DNA of 64,000 bases. Origin: an uncultured Syntrophaceae bacterium. GTDB taxonomy: Bacteria; Desulfobacterota; Syntrophia; Syntrophales; Fen-1087. Numbering within the stretch: the first letter of the stretch is position 1; each line of letters begins with the position of its first letter. A model generated the notes under the pieces. It was given only the letters and a program-made list of their open reading frames with translations, had not been told where the DNA came from and made no database searches. Made by a program: the position numbers and the translations under genes. The stretch is taken from contig CAYWTL010000002.1 in the NCBI GenBank assembly GCA_964460245.1, positions 1,220 to 65,219 of the forward strand, in the 5' to 3' direction. This document shows, piece after piece, positions 1-7,905 of this stretch.

Positions 1-151
1 AAACCCGGCAGGCACCCACGCTGGTTGTTTTCGCGTAATGGCAAAGAGTGGGAATGTAGATCCCGTTTGCGCGGGCCACATCCAGGATGGTCTGCCCGGG
101 ATTGGCCTCCAGTTCACGGCCGTCCATCGTCACTAAAATCTTTTTCTCCAT
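1..151 (-). CDS. N-terminal fragment (gene runs off the window start) of a NuoG/HydA/FdhA-type large subunit beginning with a 2Fe-2S ferredoxin domain
   Basis: Reverse-strand ATG at 151-149 with AAGGAG 6 nt upstream (revcomp of 158-163). Translation MEKKILVTMDGRELEANPGQTILDVARANGIYIPTLCHYAKTTSVGACRV matches the N-terminal 2Fe-2S domain of NuoG-like subunits. Absent from the ORF track because it is truncated. Confidence 0.7.
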   Translation of the reverse strand, partial: MEKKILVTMDGRELEANPGQTILDVARANGIYIPTLCHYAKTTSVGACRV

Positions 152-341
152 GGGATACTCCTTCTCGTGCCCCAAACGGGCGCTGGATCATTCCTTTCGC
201 CGCAATTTCTATGCAAATGCGGCTTTTTTGTCAATTAGAAAAGCCTTTGAAAAGAGTTGCCTTTCGAGGTCGCTGTCTGGTAATAAGGGCCGCGGGCGCC
301 CCTGCCAAGGTCGGGGAACTGCCGCAACGGTGAACCGGATC

Positions 342-1061
342 ATGAACGATCTCATCATAGCCAAATCCGGGGAAAGGCGAAAAATCAATCGCTGCCTTTC
401 CTGCGGCACGACCGAGATATCGGGCCGCCGCCGCTACTGCTCCGCCTACTGCAGGCAGCGGCTCAATTACAAGCTGGACATGCGGGTCGGTCTCGTCCAG
501 GCGCTGAATGTCCGTTACGCGACCTTCTACTTTTCCGACATTCTCATCGCCATGGATATGCTGACCTACGGGCAAAACGACATCTTCAGCTTTTTTTACC
601 CCCGGTCCCGGAACGGAACGCCCGCCGAGGATTTCAGCCGCATGGCGGATATCCTCGGCGAGATGTGGTGGGCCGAGCAGAAAAGGACGCACAAGCGGTA
701 CCTTGCCTCCCGCCACGTCCTTGCCCAGGCGGTGCGCAATCCGGCACTCGCGCGACCCGTCAGGCCCGTCCAGATGATTATTCCCTCCCTGAGGGGCACC
801 TCGATGGCCGCGCTCAAGATCGGCAGGAGCGAGCTCATGGTCCCGGACCTTCCTGCGGTCATTCGGGACGCTTACCGAAGGCAGGCAAAGATTCACCATC
901 CCGATGTGGGAGGCGACGCCGAAACCTTCCGGAAAATACATGAGGCATACCTGGACCTCATGCACTGGTCCAGAAATCCCAGCTTTGCCAAACGCCGCGG
1001 ATTTCCCGACAAGTGGTTCTACGACGGCGGCCGGTGCAAATGGACGCAGCCTGTTCCCTGA
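342..1061 (+). CDS. J-domain (DnaJ-like co-chaperone) protein with N-terminal zinc-ribbon
   Basis: In-frame part of ORF 87..1061; first ATG at 342 (MNDLIIAK). N-terminus has CLSC-x11-CSAYC. C-terminus AYRRQAKIHHPDVGGDAETFRKIHEAYLDLM is the J-domain HPD motif with flanking helices. Start uncertain because the frame is open from 87. Confidence 0.75.
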   Translation: MNDLIIAKSGERRKINRCLSCGTTEISGRRRYCSAYCRQRLNYKLDMRVGLVQALNVRYATFYFSDILIAMDMLTYGQNDIFSFFYPRSRNGTPAEDFSRMADILGEMWWAEQKRTHKRYLASRHVLAQAVRNPALARPVRPVQMIIPSLRGTSMAALKIGRSELMVPDLPAVIRDAYRRQAKIHHPDVGGDAETFRKIHEAYLDLMHWSRNPSFAKRRGFPDKWFYDGGRCKWTQPVP

Positions 1062-1085
1062 CAAAGAGCCGGACCGATCCGCCGA

Positions 1086-4000
1086 TTAAATTTCAGCATC
1101 GCAGCGCAGGCAGCGGATGGCCTCCCGAATCGCATCTTCCCGGGTGAAACCCAGCTCCACCTCCACGAAGCTCAGTTTCCTGGCCCGGGCATCCAGTTCC
1201 GGCATTTTTGTCTGCGGGGCTTCCGCAGATTCCTCATCGATGATGAGGGGGATGTCGATTTTTTCCTCGGCGGGGACCTCATCGGCAGGCTCTCCGTTTT
1301 TCCGCCGGATCTCCGCGTCGATGTCTGCGGCCGCCTGATGACCGGCCGCGATGGCGCCGATCACCGTATCGGGACCGGTCACGGCATCACCGCCGGCGTA
1401 GAACCGGTCATCCGTCGTTCGGGACCGGCTGTCCGCCGCCAGGTCGAAACAGTCCCACTTGTTGACGCGAACACCGCTGTCCTTCGGGACAAAGGAGAGA
1501 TCGGGGACCTGTCCGATGGCCGCAATGACGGCATCGACGGACAGGGTGAATTCGGACCCCTTCACGGGAACCGGCCGCTTCCGCCCGCTCTTGTCGAAGT
1601 CTCCCAGCTTCATCCGCTCGCAGCGGATTCCGGCTACTTTTCCGTCGGCGGAAACGATCTTCGTCGGCGCCACCAGGTACTCGATCTTGATTCCTTCATG
1701 CTCCGCCGCTTCTATTTCCTCGGCGGCGGCGGGCATGTCCTGGCGAAGGCGGCGGTAAAGGATTGTGACTTCCGCGCCGAGGCGAACGGCGCACCGGGCG
1801 GCATCAATGGCGGAGTTTCCCCCGCCGATGACGGCGACCCTGTCGCCCAGCTTCTTTTCTCCCTTCATCCATGCCGCTTCATTGGCATTGAAATCCCTCA
1901 GGAATTCCACGCCGCCGTACACGCTCGCCGCGTCTTCCCCCTCCACGCCCATCTTCTGGCTTTTGTGGGCACCGGGGGCAAGATAAACGATGTCGAAATC
2001 CCGGCTGACCTGTTCGAAGGATATGGTTTTACCCACGCGGGTGTTGCACTTGATTTCCACGCCCAGGCTGCGGATGTCGTCGATTTCCCGGTCCAGGATG
2101 TCCCGGGGGAGGCGGTATGCGGGAATCGCCCAGCGCAGCATCCCGCCCGGGGCGGGCAGATCTTCGAAGATCGTCACGCCGTAACCCCGCAACGCCAGAT
2201 CGCGAGCGGCGGTGAGTCCCGCCGGTCCGGCGCCGACGACGGCAATTTTCTCTTTCCGGTTAACCGGGACCGGAACGATTTTGGGCCGAGGCGCATTGTC
2301 CGTGATAAACCGCTTCAGGAACTTGATGGCAATCGGCTCGTCCATCTTGCCGCGGCGGCATTTGGTCTGGCACTTGTGATCGCAGACCCTTCCGCACACC
2401 GAGGGGAACGGGTTGGTACGGAGCAGGACTTTGTATGCATCCTCGAAACGCTCCGCCCGGATCAGGGCGATATAGGCGGGGACGTCCATCCCGATCGGGC
2501 ACGTATTCTGGCAGGGCGACTTGAACAGCGCCGTGCATACCGATGCGCGGCAGTATTTCTGATGGATGTGCTCCTCGTATTCCTGGCGGAAATAACGAAG
2601 CGTGCTGAGAACCGGATTCGGCGACGTCTGCCCGAGGCCGCAAAGCGAGGCATCCTTGATGATGGGGGCCATGCTTTCGAGCAGCTGGATGTCCCCCTCC
2701 TTGCCTTTTCCCTGCGTGATGTTCGTCAGGATCTCGAGCATCCGCTTGGTGCCCTCCCGGCAGGGTGTGCACTTGCCGCAGGATTCATCCTGGCAGAAAT
2801 CCATAAAGAAACGGGCCATGTCGACGGCGCAGTTGTCCTCGTTCATGACGATCAGTCCGCCAGAGCCCATGATGGCGCCGAGTTCGGCGACCTTTTCATA
2901 ATCGACCGGCGCGTTGAGATGCTGGATCGGGATGCAGCCGCCGGAGGGGCCGCCCAGCTGAGCGGCCTTGAATTTCTTACCCTTGGGAATTCCGCCGCCG
3001 ATGTCATAAACGATGGTTCCCAGCGTCGTTCCCATCGGGACCTCGACCAGACCGACGTTGTTGACATCGCCGGTCAGGGCGAAGACCTTTGTCCCCTTGC
3101 TCTTTTCCGTTCCGACACCGGTATGCCACTGCGCTCCCTTGAGGATAATCTGGCCGATGTTGGCCAGGGTTTCGACATTGTTCAGGACGCTGGGCTTCTG
3201 CCAGAGGCCGGCGATGGCGGGGAAGGGCGGCCGGGGGCGGGGCATCCCCCGCTTGCCTTCGATGGATGTCATGAGTGCCGTTTCCTCGCCGCAAACGAAG
3301 GCGCCGGCGCCCTGGTAAATCTCCAGGTCGAAATCGAAGCCCGTTCCCAGGATATCCTCTCCCAGCAGACCCGCCTCTTTGGCCTGAGTGATGGCGATGT
3401 TGAGGCGGTGGATGGCCAGAGGATATTCGGCCCGGCAGTAGATATAGCCGTGATGGGAGCCGATGGCCTTGGCCGCGATGACCATACCCTCCAGGACGGC
3501 ATGGGGATCCGCCTCGAGCACGCTGCGGTCCATGAAAGCGCCCGGATCGCCCTCATCGGCGTTGCAGAGCACGTATTTGATTTCACCGGGGGACTGGGCG
3601 GCAAATTTCCACTTCAATCCGGTCGGGAACCCGGCGCCGCCGCGGCCCCTCAGCCCGGAGTCCAAAATTTCCTTGACGATATCTTCCGGCTTCATCTCGG
3701 TCAGGGCTTTGGCCATGCCGGCGTAGCCGTCCCGGGCAATGTATTCCTCGATTTTTTCGGGATCGATCAGCCCCCGGTTTCTCAGGACGCGCAGTTCCTG
3801 AAGCGCAAAGAACGGAATTTCCTGCATGGTCGGGATCACCGCTTCCGTGGAGGGTTCCCGGTACAGCAGCCGCTGCAGGATTCTTCCCTTGACCAGATGT
3901 TCTTCCACTAGTTCGGGAATGTCGTCCTGCTTGATCTGCATGTAGATGACGCCCTCGGGATAGACAACCATGATGGGGCCCATGGCACAGAAGCCGTTGC

Positions 4001-4142
4001 AGCCGGTTTCCACGATTTTTATTTCTTCGGCAAGTCCCCGCTTCAGAAGCTCGGCAACGATGGCTTTCTTGACGTTCAGGCTTCCTGATGCATGGCAGCC
4101 GGTTCCGCCACAGAGCAACAAGTGCGAACGAAACATTTTCAT
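1086..4142 (-). CDS. NuoF/HydB-like NADH-binding flavoprotein fused to a GltD/NfnB-like FAD/NAD(P)H oxidoreductase module (1018 aa)
   Basis: N-terminal thioredoxin-like 2Fe-2S (LLLCGGTGCHASG..GCNGFCAMGP). FMN/NADH site GLRGRGGAGFPTGLKW. 4Fe-4S motif CGKCTPCREG. C-terminal half has Cys clusters CQNTCP..CGRVCDHKCQTKC, two Rossmann motifs (VVGAGPAGL, VIGGGNSAID) and FYAGGD. AAGGAGG RBS upstream of 4142. Confidence 0.9.
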   Translation of the reverse strand: MKMFRSHLLLCGGTGCHASGSLNVKKAIVAELLKRGLAEEIKIVETGCNGFCAMGPIMVVYPEGVIYMQIKQDDIPELVEEHLVKGRILQRLLYREPSTEAVIPTMQEIPFFALQELRVLRNRGLIDPEKIEEYIARDGYAGMAKALTEMKPEDIVKEILDSGLRGRGGAGFPTGLKWKFAAQSPGEIKYVLCNADEGDPGAFMDRSVLEADPHAVLEGMVIAAKAIGSHHGYIYCRAEYPLAIHRLNIAITQAKEAGLLGEDILGTGFDFDLEIYQGAGAFVCGEETALMTSIEGKRGMPRPRPPFPAIAGLWQKPSVLNNVETLANIGQIILKGAQWHTGVGTEKSKGTKVFALTGDVNNVGLVEVPMGTTLGTIVYDIGGGIPKGKKFKAAQLGGPSGGCIPIQHLNAPVDYEKVAELGAIMGSGGLIVMNEDNCAVDMARFFMDFCQDESCGKCTPCREGTKRMLEILTNITQGKGKEGDIQLLESMAPIIKDASLCGLGQTSPNPVLSTLRYFRQEYEEHIHQKYCRASVCTALFKSPCQNTCPIGMDVPAYIALIRAERFEDAYKVLLRTNPFPSVCGRVCDHKCQTKCRRGKMDEPIAIKFLKRFITDNAPRPKIVPVPVNRKEKIAVVGAGPAGLTAARDLALRGYGVTIFEDLPAPGGMLRWAIPAYRLPRDILDREIDDIRSLGVEIKCNTRVGKTISFEQVSRDFDIVYLAPGAHKSQKMGVEGEDAASVYGGVEFLRDFNANEAAWMKGEKKLGDRVAVIGGGNSAIDAARCAVRLGAEVTILYRRLRQDMPAAAEEIEAAEHEGIKIEYLVAPTKIVSADGKVAGIRCERMKLGDFDKSGRKRPVPVKGSEFTLSVDAVIAAIGQVPDLSFVPKDSGVRVNKWDCFDLAADSRSRTTDDRFYAGGDAVTGPDTVIGAIAAGHQAAADIDAEIRRKNGEPADEVPAEEKIDIPLIIDEESAEAPQTKMPELDARARKLSFVEVELGFTREDAIREAIRCLRCDAEI

Positions 4143-4212
4143 TTGGTTTAAATCCTCCTTCGCCTGTATTGGCAGCCGCCTGACCTCGGCCCGCGGCGCA
4201 TTTCGTCAGCCG

Positions 4213-4596
4213 CTATTTCGTTTTCTCGGCGCCCCGGGCCAGCACAAAGGGGGTCTGGATTTCCCCTTCGAGTACATGTCTCTTGAAGACCTGCCTGATT
4301 TTATTGGCGTCCATGTATTCGTACTTGATCGGTTCCTGACCGATGATTTCAACGGTGACCAGCGGTTCGCGACTGCACAGGCCCATGCAGCCCGACGTGG
4401 TCACGGCCACGTCCGTCACGTTCGTTTCCTCGATAGCCCGCATCAGGGCATCCATGACTTCTCTCGCGCCGGACGCGATGCCGCAGGTTCCCATGTGGAC
4501 GGTGATTTTCGCCCTGCGATCGCCCTCGCGTAGGGCCGTTTCCGCATGGACCCTTTCCTTGATCTTCTTCAAGTCTTCTATTTTCAGTTTCGCCAT
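4213..4596 (-). CDS. Thioredoxin-like [2Fe-2S] ferredoxin small subunit (HndB/HydD-like)
   Basis: 127-aa ORF containing VHMGTCGIASGAREV and TTSGCMGLCSREPLV, the cysteine pattern of thioredoxin-like 2Fe-2S ferredoxins. Lies between the NuoE-like and NuoF-like genes. Confidence 0.8.
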   Translation of the reverse strand: MAKLKIEDLKKIKERVHAETALREGDRRAKITVHMGTCGIASGAREVMDALMRAIEETNVTDVAVTTSGCMGLCSREPLVTVEIIGQEPIKYEYMDANKIRQVFKRHVLEGEIQTPFVLARGAEKTK

Positions 4597-4616
4597 GATT
4601 TCTCCCCCACTGATCG

Positions 4617-5111
4617 TTAATTATACTGGCTGAGAATTTCCCGGACCTTGCCCGGTTTGACACGGCCGTGAACGTCCTCATCGATGACGACGACCGGTCC
4701 CAGACCGCAGGCCCCCAGGCACCGGACGGTCTCATAGGTGAACATCCGGTCGGGCGTGGTCTCGCCTTCCTTGACGCCGAACTCCTTTTCCAGCTTTTCC
4801 GCAATGGCCTTGCCTCCGCGGACATAGCAGGCTGTTCCGAGGCAGACGCGGACGGTGTGCTTTCCCCGGGGGGTCATGGTGAAAAACGAATAGAACGTCA
4901 CCACGCCGTAAACCCGGCTCAACGGCAGATTCAGGCCTTTGGCAATCCTTTTCTGGATACCGATGGGCAGATATTCCAGCGACACCTGGGCCTCTTCGAG
5001 AACGGGAATCAGACCGCCCGGTTTCCCCTTATATTTTTGAATGATCGCATCGAGCTTTGCGATTTGATCCGGAGTGAATTCTTTCAACAAATCAAAATCT
5101 TCCAATTTCAT
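4617..5111 (-). CDS. NuoE/HydC-like 2Fe-2S subunit
   Basis: YSFFTMTPRGKHTVRVCLGTACYVRGG and VRCLGACGLGPVVVID are NuoE 24-kDa family Cys motifs. I prefer the second ATG (5111, MKLEDF) because a perfect AAGGAGG sits 5 nt upstream; the ORF track starts at 5126. Confidence 0.88.
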   Translation of the reverse strand: MKLEDFDLLKEFTPDQIAKLDAIIQKYKGKPGGLIPVLEEAQVSLEYLPIGIQKRIAKGLNLPLSRVYGVVTFYSFFTMTPRGKHTVRVCLGTACYVRGGKAIAEKLEKEFGVKEGETTPDRMFTYETVRCLGACGLGPVVVIDEDVHGRVKPGKVREILSQYN

Positions 5112-5142
5112 TGAAGCCTCCTTCATCCCTTATTTCCTTGCT

Positions 5143-5691
5143 TTACGCCTCCGCGTTGATTTCCCTCAGACCGTCCTCGACATCATGACGAATGAATTTT
5201 AAAACCTCGATGTGATTGAGCGGAATATCTTCAATTTCCCCTTTGATTTCATCTGTGTCCAGCGTGTAGACCCGCCCGTCGCGATGATGGCGGTAGACGA
5301 AACGGATGTCCGGATTTCCCGCGACCAACGCCGTAACCGTCCCCGGAAGATCCCCCAAGGGCTGGCGGTCGATGTGACGGAGTCCGAAGACGACGCGGAC
5401 CGTGGTGCCCGCCTCCGGACCGGATTCAATGTGCAGGCTTCCTCCGGTATTGGCGGCGGCCTGTGCCAGCATCGGAAGTCCCAGTCCGACACGTCGGACT
5501 TTTTTGGTCGTGTAAAAAGGGTCCAGCACCCGCTTCCGTTCCTCCTCGGTCATCCCTTTTCCGTTGTCCTGGATTTCGAGTGTCAGCCGGTCCGCCTCGC
5601 GGTCTTCCGTCAGATCAATCACCAACCGGCTGGCCCCGGCGCGTATGCTGTTTTCCGCGATATCCAGGATATGGAGGGAAAGTTCCAGCAC
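5143..5691 (-). CDS. Stand-alone GHKL (histidine-kinase-like) ATPase, no phosphoacceptor domain
   Basis: 182 aa. N-box-like HILDIAENSIRAG, G1 DNGKGM, G2 GLGLPM. No DHp/H-box, sensor or receiver region precedes it. Stop lies 31 nt before the NuoE-like start. Confidence 0.8.
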   Translation of the reverse strand: MLELSLHILDIAENSIRAGASRLVIDLTEDREADRLTLEIQDNGKGMTEEERKRVLDPFYTTKKVRRVGLGLPMLAQAAANTGGSLHIESGPEAGTTVRVVFGLRHIDRQPLGDLPGTVTALVAGNPDIRFVYRHHRDGRVYTLDTDEIKGEIEDIPLNHIEVLKFIRHDVEDGLREINAEA

Positions 5692-5694
5692 GGT

Positions 5695-6435
5695 TCACGG
5701 CGCCTCGATACAGCGCCCGTCCCGGTTTTCAAAGGCGAGCTTCAGCTCGTGGATGTTTGCCTCCGCGAGGATCATCGCCGTGAACGCCCGCCCGATATCG
5801 CGGATGAAATGAGCGTCCGATGATTCGATAAAGGCAAAGGACGACAGCTCGGGATACTGCCGCCGGGCTCCTCTGATTCCGATTGCCGACGTGACCTCCA
5901 AGGCGTCGAAGGGCATGGAAGGATCGATGAATCCCAGCTGGCTGATGACGCTGTAGCTGGGCCGATCGATGTGGGAAGCCACGGCAAGGCCGCCCAGGGA
6001 GTGAATCCGGCCGATGATTTCCTGAAGCGGCAGTTGCGTTGCGCCGATGAGCAGCCGCTCGTTCATGCCCTCCACTTCATCCCGTTCGTTGACGATGACC
6101 TGACATCCGAAAAGCTCCTCCTGATTTTTGCCCGGGAGATGCTCGTAGATAATCCTCTGAAGCTTCAAAAGGTCGCCCAAGTCGTCGAAGAGGGCCAGGA
6201 GATGAACCTCCTCCATACTGGAAATTTCCATTCCCGGCAGAACGGTCAGCGGTTTCCCTTTTGCCAGGCTCAGGACGGGAGGCACGTTTTCCGACGCGTT
6301 GTGATCACAGACGGCGATCAGGTCCAGTTTTTCGCTTATGCATTTGTCAATGAGTGCTTTCGGATACATGTCGAGTTCCGCACAGGGCGAAAGACAGGTG
6401 TGCATGTGAAGATCGCAGCGAAACGCCCTGAGCAT
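5695..6435 (-). CDS. PHP-domain metal-dependent phosphoesterase
   Basis: N-terminus FRCDLHMHTCLSPC..IAVCDHN is the PHP HxH metal motif; later SHIDRP and SSDAH. The ORF track opens at TTG 6462; ATG 6435 chosen. 3-nt gap to the downstream ATPase gene. Confidence 0.8.
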   Translation of the reverse strand: MLRAFRCDLHMHTCLSPCAELDMYPKALIDKCISEKLDLIAVCDHNASENVPPVLSLAKGKPLTVLPGMEISSMEEVHLLALFDDLGDLLKLQRIIYEHLPGKNQEELFGCQVIVNERDEVEGMNERLLIGATQLPLQEIIGRIHSLGGLAVASHIDRPSYSVISQLGFIDPSMPFDALEVTSAIGIRGARRQYPELSSFAFIESSDAHFIRDIGRAFTAMILAEANIHELKLAFENRDGRCIEAP

Positions 6436-6488
6436 GATGCGTATCCTGAAAAAGAGTATCAAAAAAAAAGACCATGATACACATGGCC

Positions 6489-6851
6489 TTAACGCCCAGT
6501 AATAGCGTTATTTTTCTCTTTGGCGATCAGGGCGTAGATCTGCCCCGCGACATCGAAGCCGGACTGTTTGGATACCAATAGGGGTATGTTTTCCCGGGTC
6601 GCTTTCTCCAGTGTGTCTTTTGCCGGCTCGGCGCCATGGACGAGGATGATACCGGCGTGCTCCTTCAGGCTGGCCACCGCCACAATATTCTGATGGATCT
6701 GTCGCGTGATCCAGACATCCCCTTCTTTGCTGTTTCCCATGACGTCGCTCAGAAGATCGCCCGTGTATCCCCCGCGCACGGTCCTGTTGAGCTGGTCCGC
6801 GCCCGCGCAAACCTTCAGGTTCAACGATTTAACGATCAATGCGAGGTCCAC
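6489..6851 (-). CDS. DRTGG-domain protein (copy 2)
   Basis: 120 aa. GDLLSDVMG..VWITRQIHQNIVAVAS..ILVHG..IPLLVSK resembles small stand-alone DRTGG domain proteins. Paralogous in layout to the 7306..7680 product. Confidence 0.7.
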   Translation of the reverse strand: MDLALIVKSLNLKVCAGADQLNRTVRGGYTGDLLSDVMGNSKEGDVWITRQIHQNIVAVASLKEHAGIILVHGAEPAKDTLEKATRENIPLLVSKQSGFDVAGQIYALIAKEKNNAITGR

Positions 6852-6869
6852 CGGCTGTCTGTATCCAGT

Positions 6870-7331
6870 TTATGACGCGTTGTTGACGATATTGATGACC
6901 ATCTTCAGATGGGTTCCCTTGCCGATTTCCGAAGTGATCTGAAAAAGATCGGAAAATTTCTTGATATTGCACAATCCCATGCCTGCGCCAAACCCCATTT
7001 CCCGGATCTTTGAGGTCGCGGTGGAGTAGCCCTCCTGCATAGCCAGATCGATGTCCGGAATCCCCTGTCCTTCGTCGATGGTTTCGATCTTGACCTTGTG
7101 GGGCGTTACGGACAGTTGGATCATTCCCTTTTTTGCGTAGGAGACGATATTGATTTCTGATTCATAGGCGACCAGGGCGGCCTTCATGACGACGTCCTGG
7201 CTCAGATGCAACTGTTTCAAATTCGCCTTGATCTGACTGGAGACTTTTCCCGCCTCGTCAAAATTTCCACCCTCAACGGTGTAACTGCTTTCATGGATGG
7301 GTTTTTCAGGGTCGTTCAAGGTTGCTGTCAA
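6870..7331 (-). CDS. RsbW/SpoIIAB-type anti-sigma-like GHKL ATPase/Ser kinase
   Basis: 153 aa. ALVAYESEINIVSYA (N-box E..N), DEGQGIPD (G1), GFGAGMGL (G2). This is the size and layout of anti-sigma regulatory-factor kinases. No sigma or anti-anti-sigma gene is nearby. Confidence 0.75.
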   Translation of the reverse strand: MTATLNDPEKPIHESSYTVEGGNFDEAGKVSSQIKANLKQLHLSQDVVMKAALVAYESEINIVSYAKKGMIQLSVTPHKVKIETIDEGQGIPDIDLAMQEGYSTATSKIREMGFGAGMGLCNIKKFSDLFQITSEIGKGTHLKMVINIVNNAS

Positions 7332-7680
7332 CCCTTTCTACGCAGCCCTTTATGCCTTTTTCATATAAACGGCCGGCCGTTTCAAAAAGAATATATTTTG
7401 TCGAAAGAACCGGAATTTTCAGCTCTTCCGCCAAACGGATGGTCTCCGGAACCGGTTTTTTGCCCCGGACCATCACAATGGCGGCAATATCAAGAATATC
7501 GGATGTACGAATGACTTGGGGGTTCGTCAATCCGGTGAGCAGAAGGCTTCCTGATTTGGCAAATGCGAGCACGTCACTCATCAAATCAGCGCCAAAGGCG
7601 GTTTTTACCTCCATTTCCATCTGATCCTGTCCGACCAGAACATCGGCATTCAGTATCTCTTTTACATCATTGAGGGTCAC
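7306..7680 (-). CDS. DRTGG-domain protein (copy 1), first gene of the operon
   Basis: C-terminal part of composite ORF 7306..8388. GTG at 7680 preceded by AAGGAGG plus 5 nt (revcomp of 7681-7692). ADLMSDVLAF..LLLTGLTNPQVIRTS..IVMVRGK..IPVLSTK. 26-nt overlap with the next gene. Confidence 0.7.
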   Translation of the reverse strand: MTLNDVKEILNADVLVGQDQMEMEVKTAFGADLMSDVLAFAKSGSLLLTGLTNPQVIRTSDILDIAAIVMVRGKKPVPETIRLAEELKIPVLSTKYILFETAGRLYEKGIKGCVERVDSNLERP

Positions 7681-7816
7681 GATGACCTCCTTGTACGAAA
7701 AACAGCTTGTTACGGCTTTGCCCAAAGCCGCCATTTGAACTGACTGCCCCCGGGAACGTTTTTCGAGATTTTCCGAAATAAAAAAGCTTGTAACTTGGCC
7801 GCGTTTGATGCCCGTC

Positions 7817-7845
7817 GGATTATCATAACCCCGGTTTGATGTCAA
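7817..7845 (-). promoter_or_regulatory. Candidate sigma70-type promoter for the DRTGG/GHKL/oxidoreductase operon
   Basis: Minus strand reads TTGACA (7845-7840), 17-nt spacer, TAATCC (7822-7817). Gives a leader of about 130 nt containing hairpin GGCTTT-GCCC-AAAGCC (7714-7729). Confidence 0.35.
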
Positions 7846-7905
7846 TAAATTTATCTTTTTGAAAAAAGCTTTGCTTCCCCGCTTCATTTGGGTTAAAAAT
7901 ACCGC

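Noticed and set aside
231-1064. 277-aa minus-strand ORF overlapping the J-domain gene, which would make the oxidoreductase operon uninterrupted
   Set aside because: Its sequence has no domain signature and a biased composition. The plus-strand frame carries a textbook J domain (HPD) and a zinc ribbon.
1338-3911. 857-aa ORF antisense to the NuoF-GltD gene
   Set aside because: The translation is Arg/Gly/Asp/His/Pro-rich with no recognisable motif. The opposite strand encodes an unmistakable NuoF/GltD protein. Long stop-free antisense frames are expected in high-GC DNA.
7715-7733. Minus-strand TGGCGGCTTTGGGCA, resembling a sigma-54 -24/-12 element upstream of the oxidoreductase operon
   Set aside because: The GG and GC dinucleotides are 11 nt apart instead of 12, and the -12 region lacks TTGC. 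The sequence is better explained as the GGCTTT/AAAGCC hairpin.
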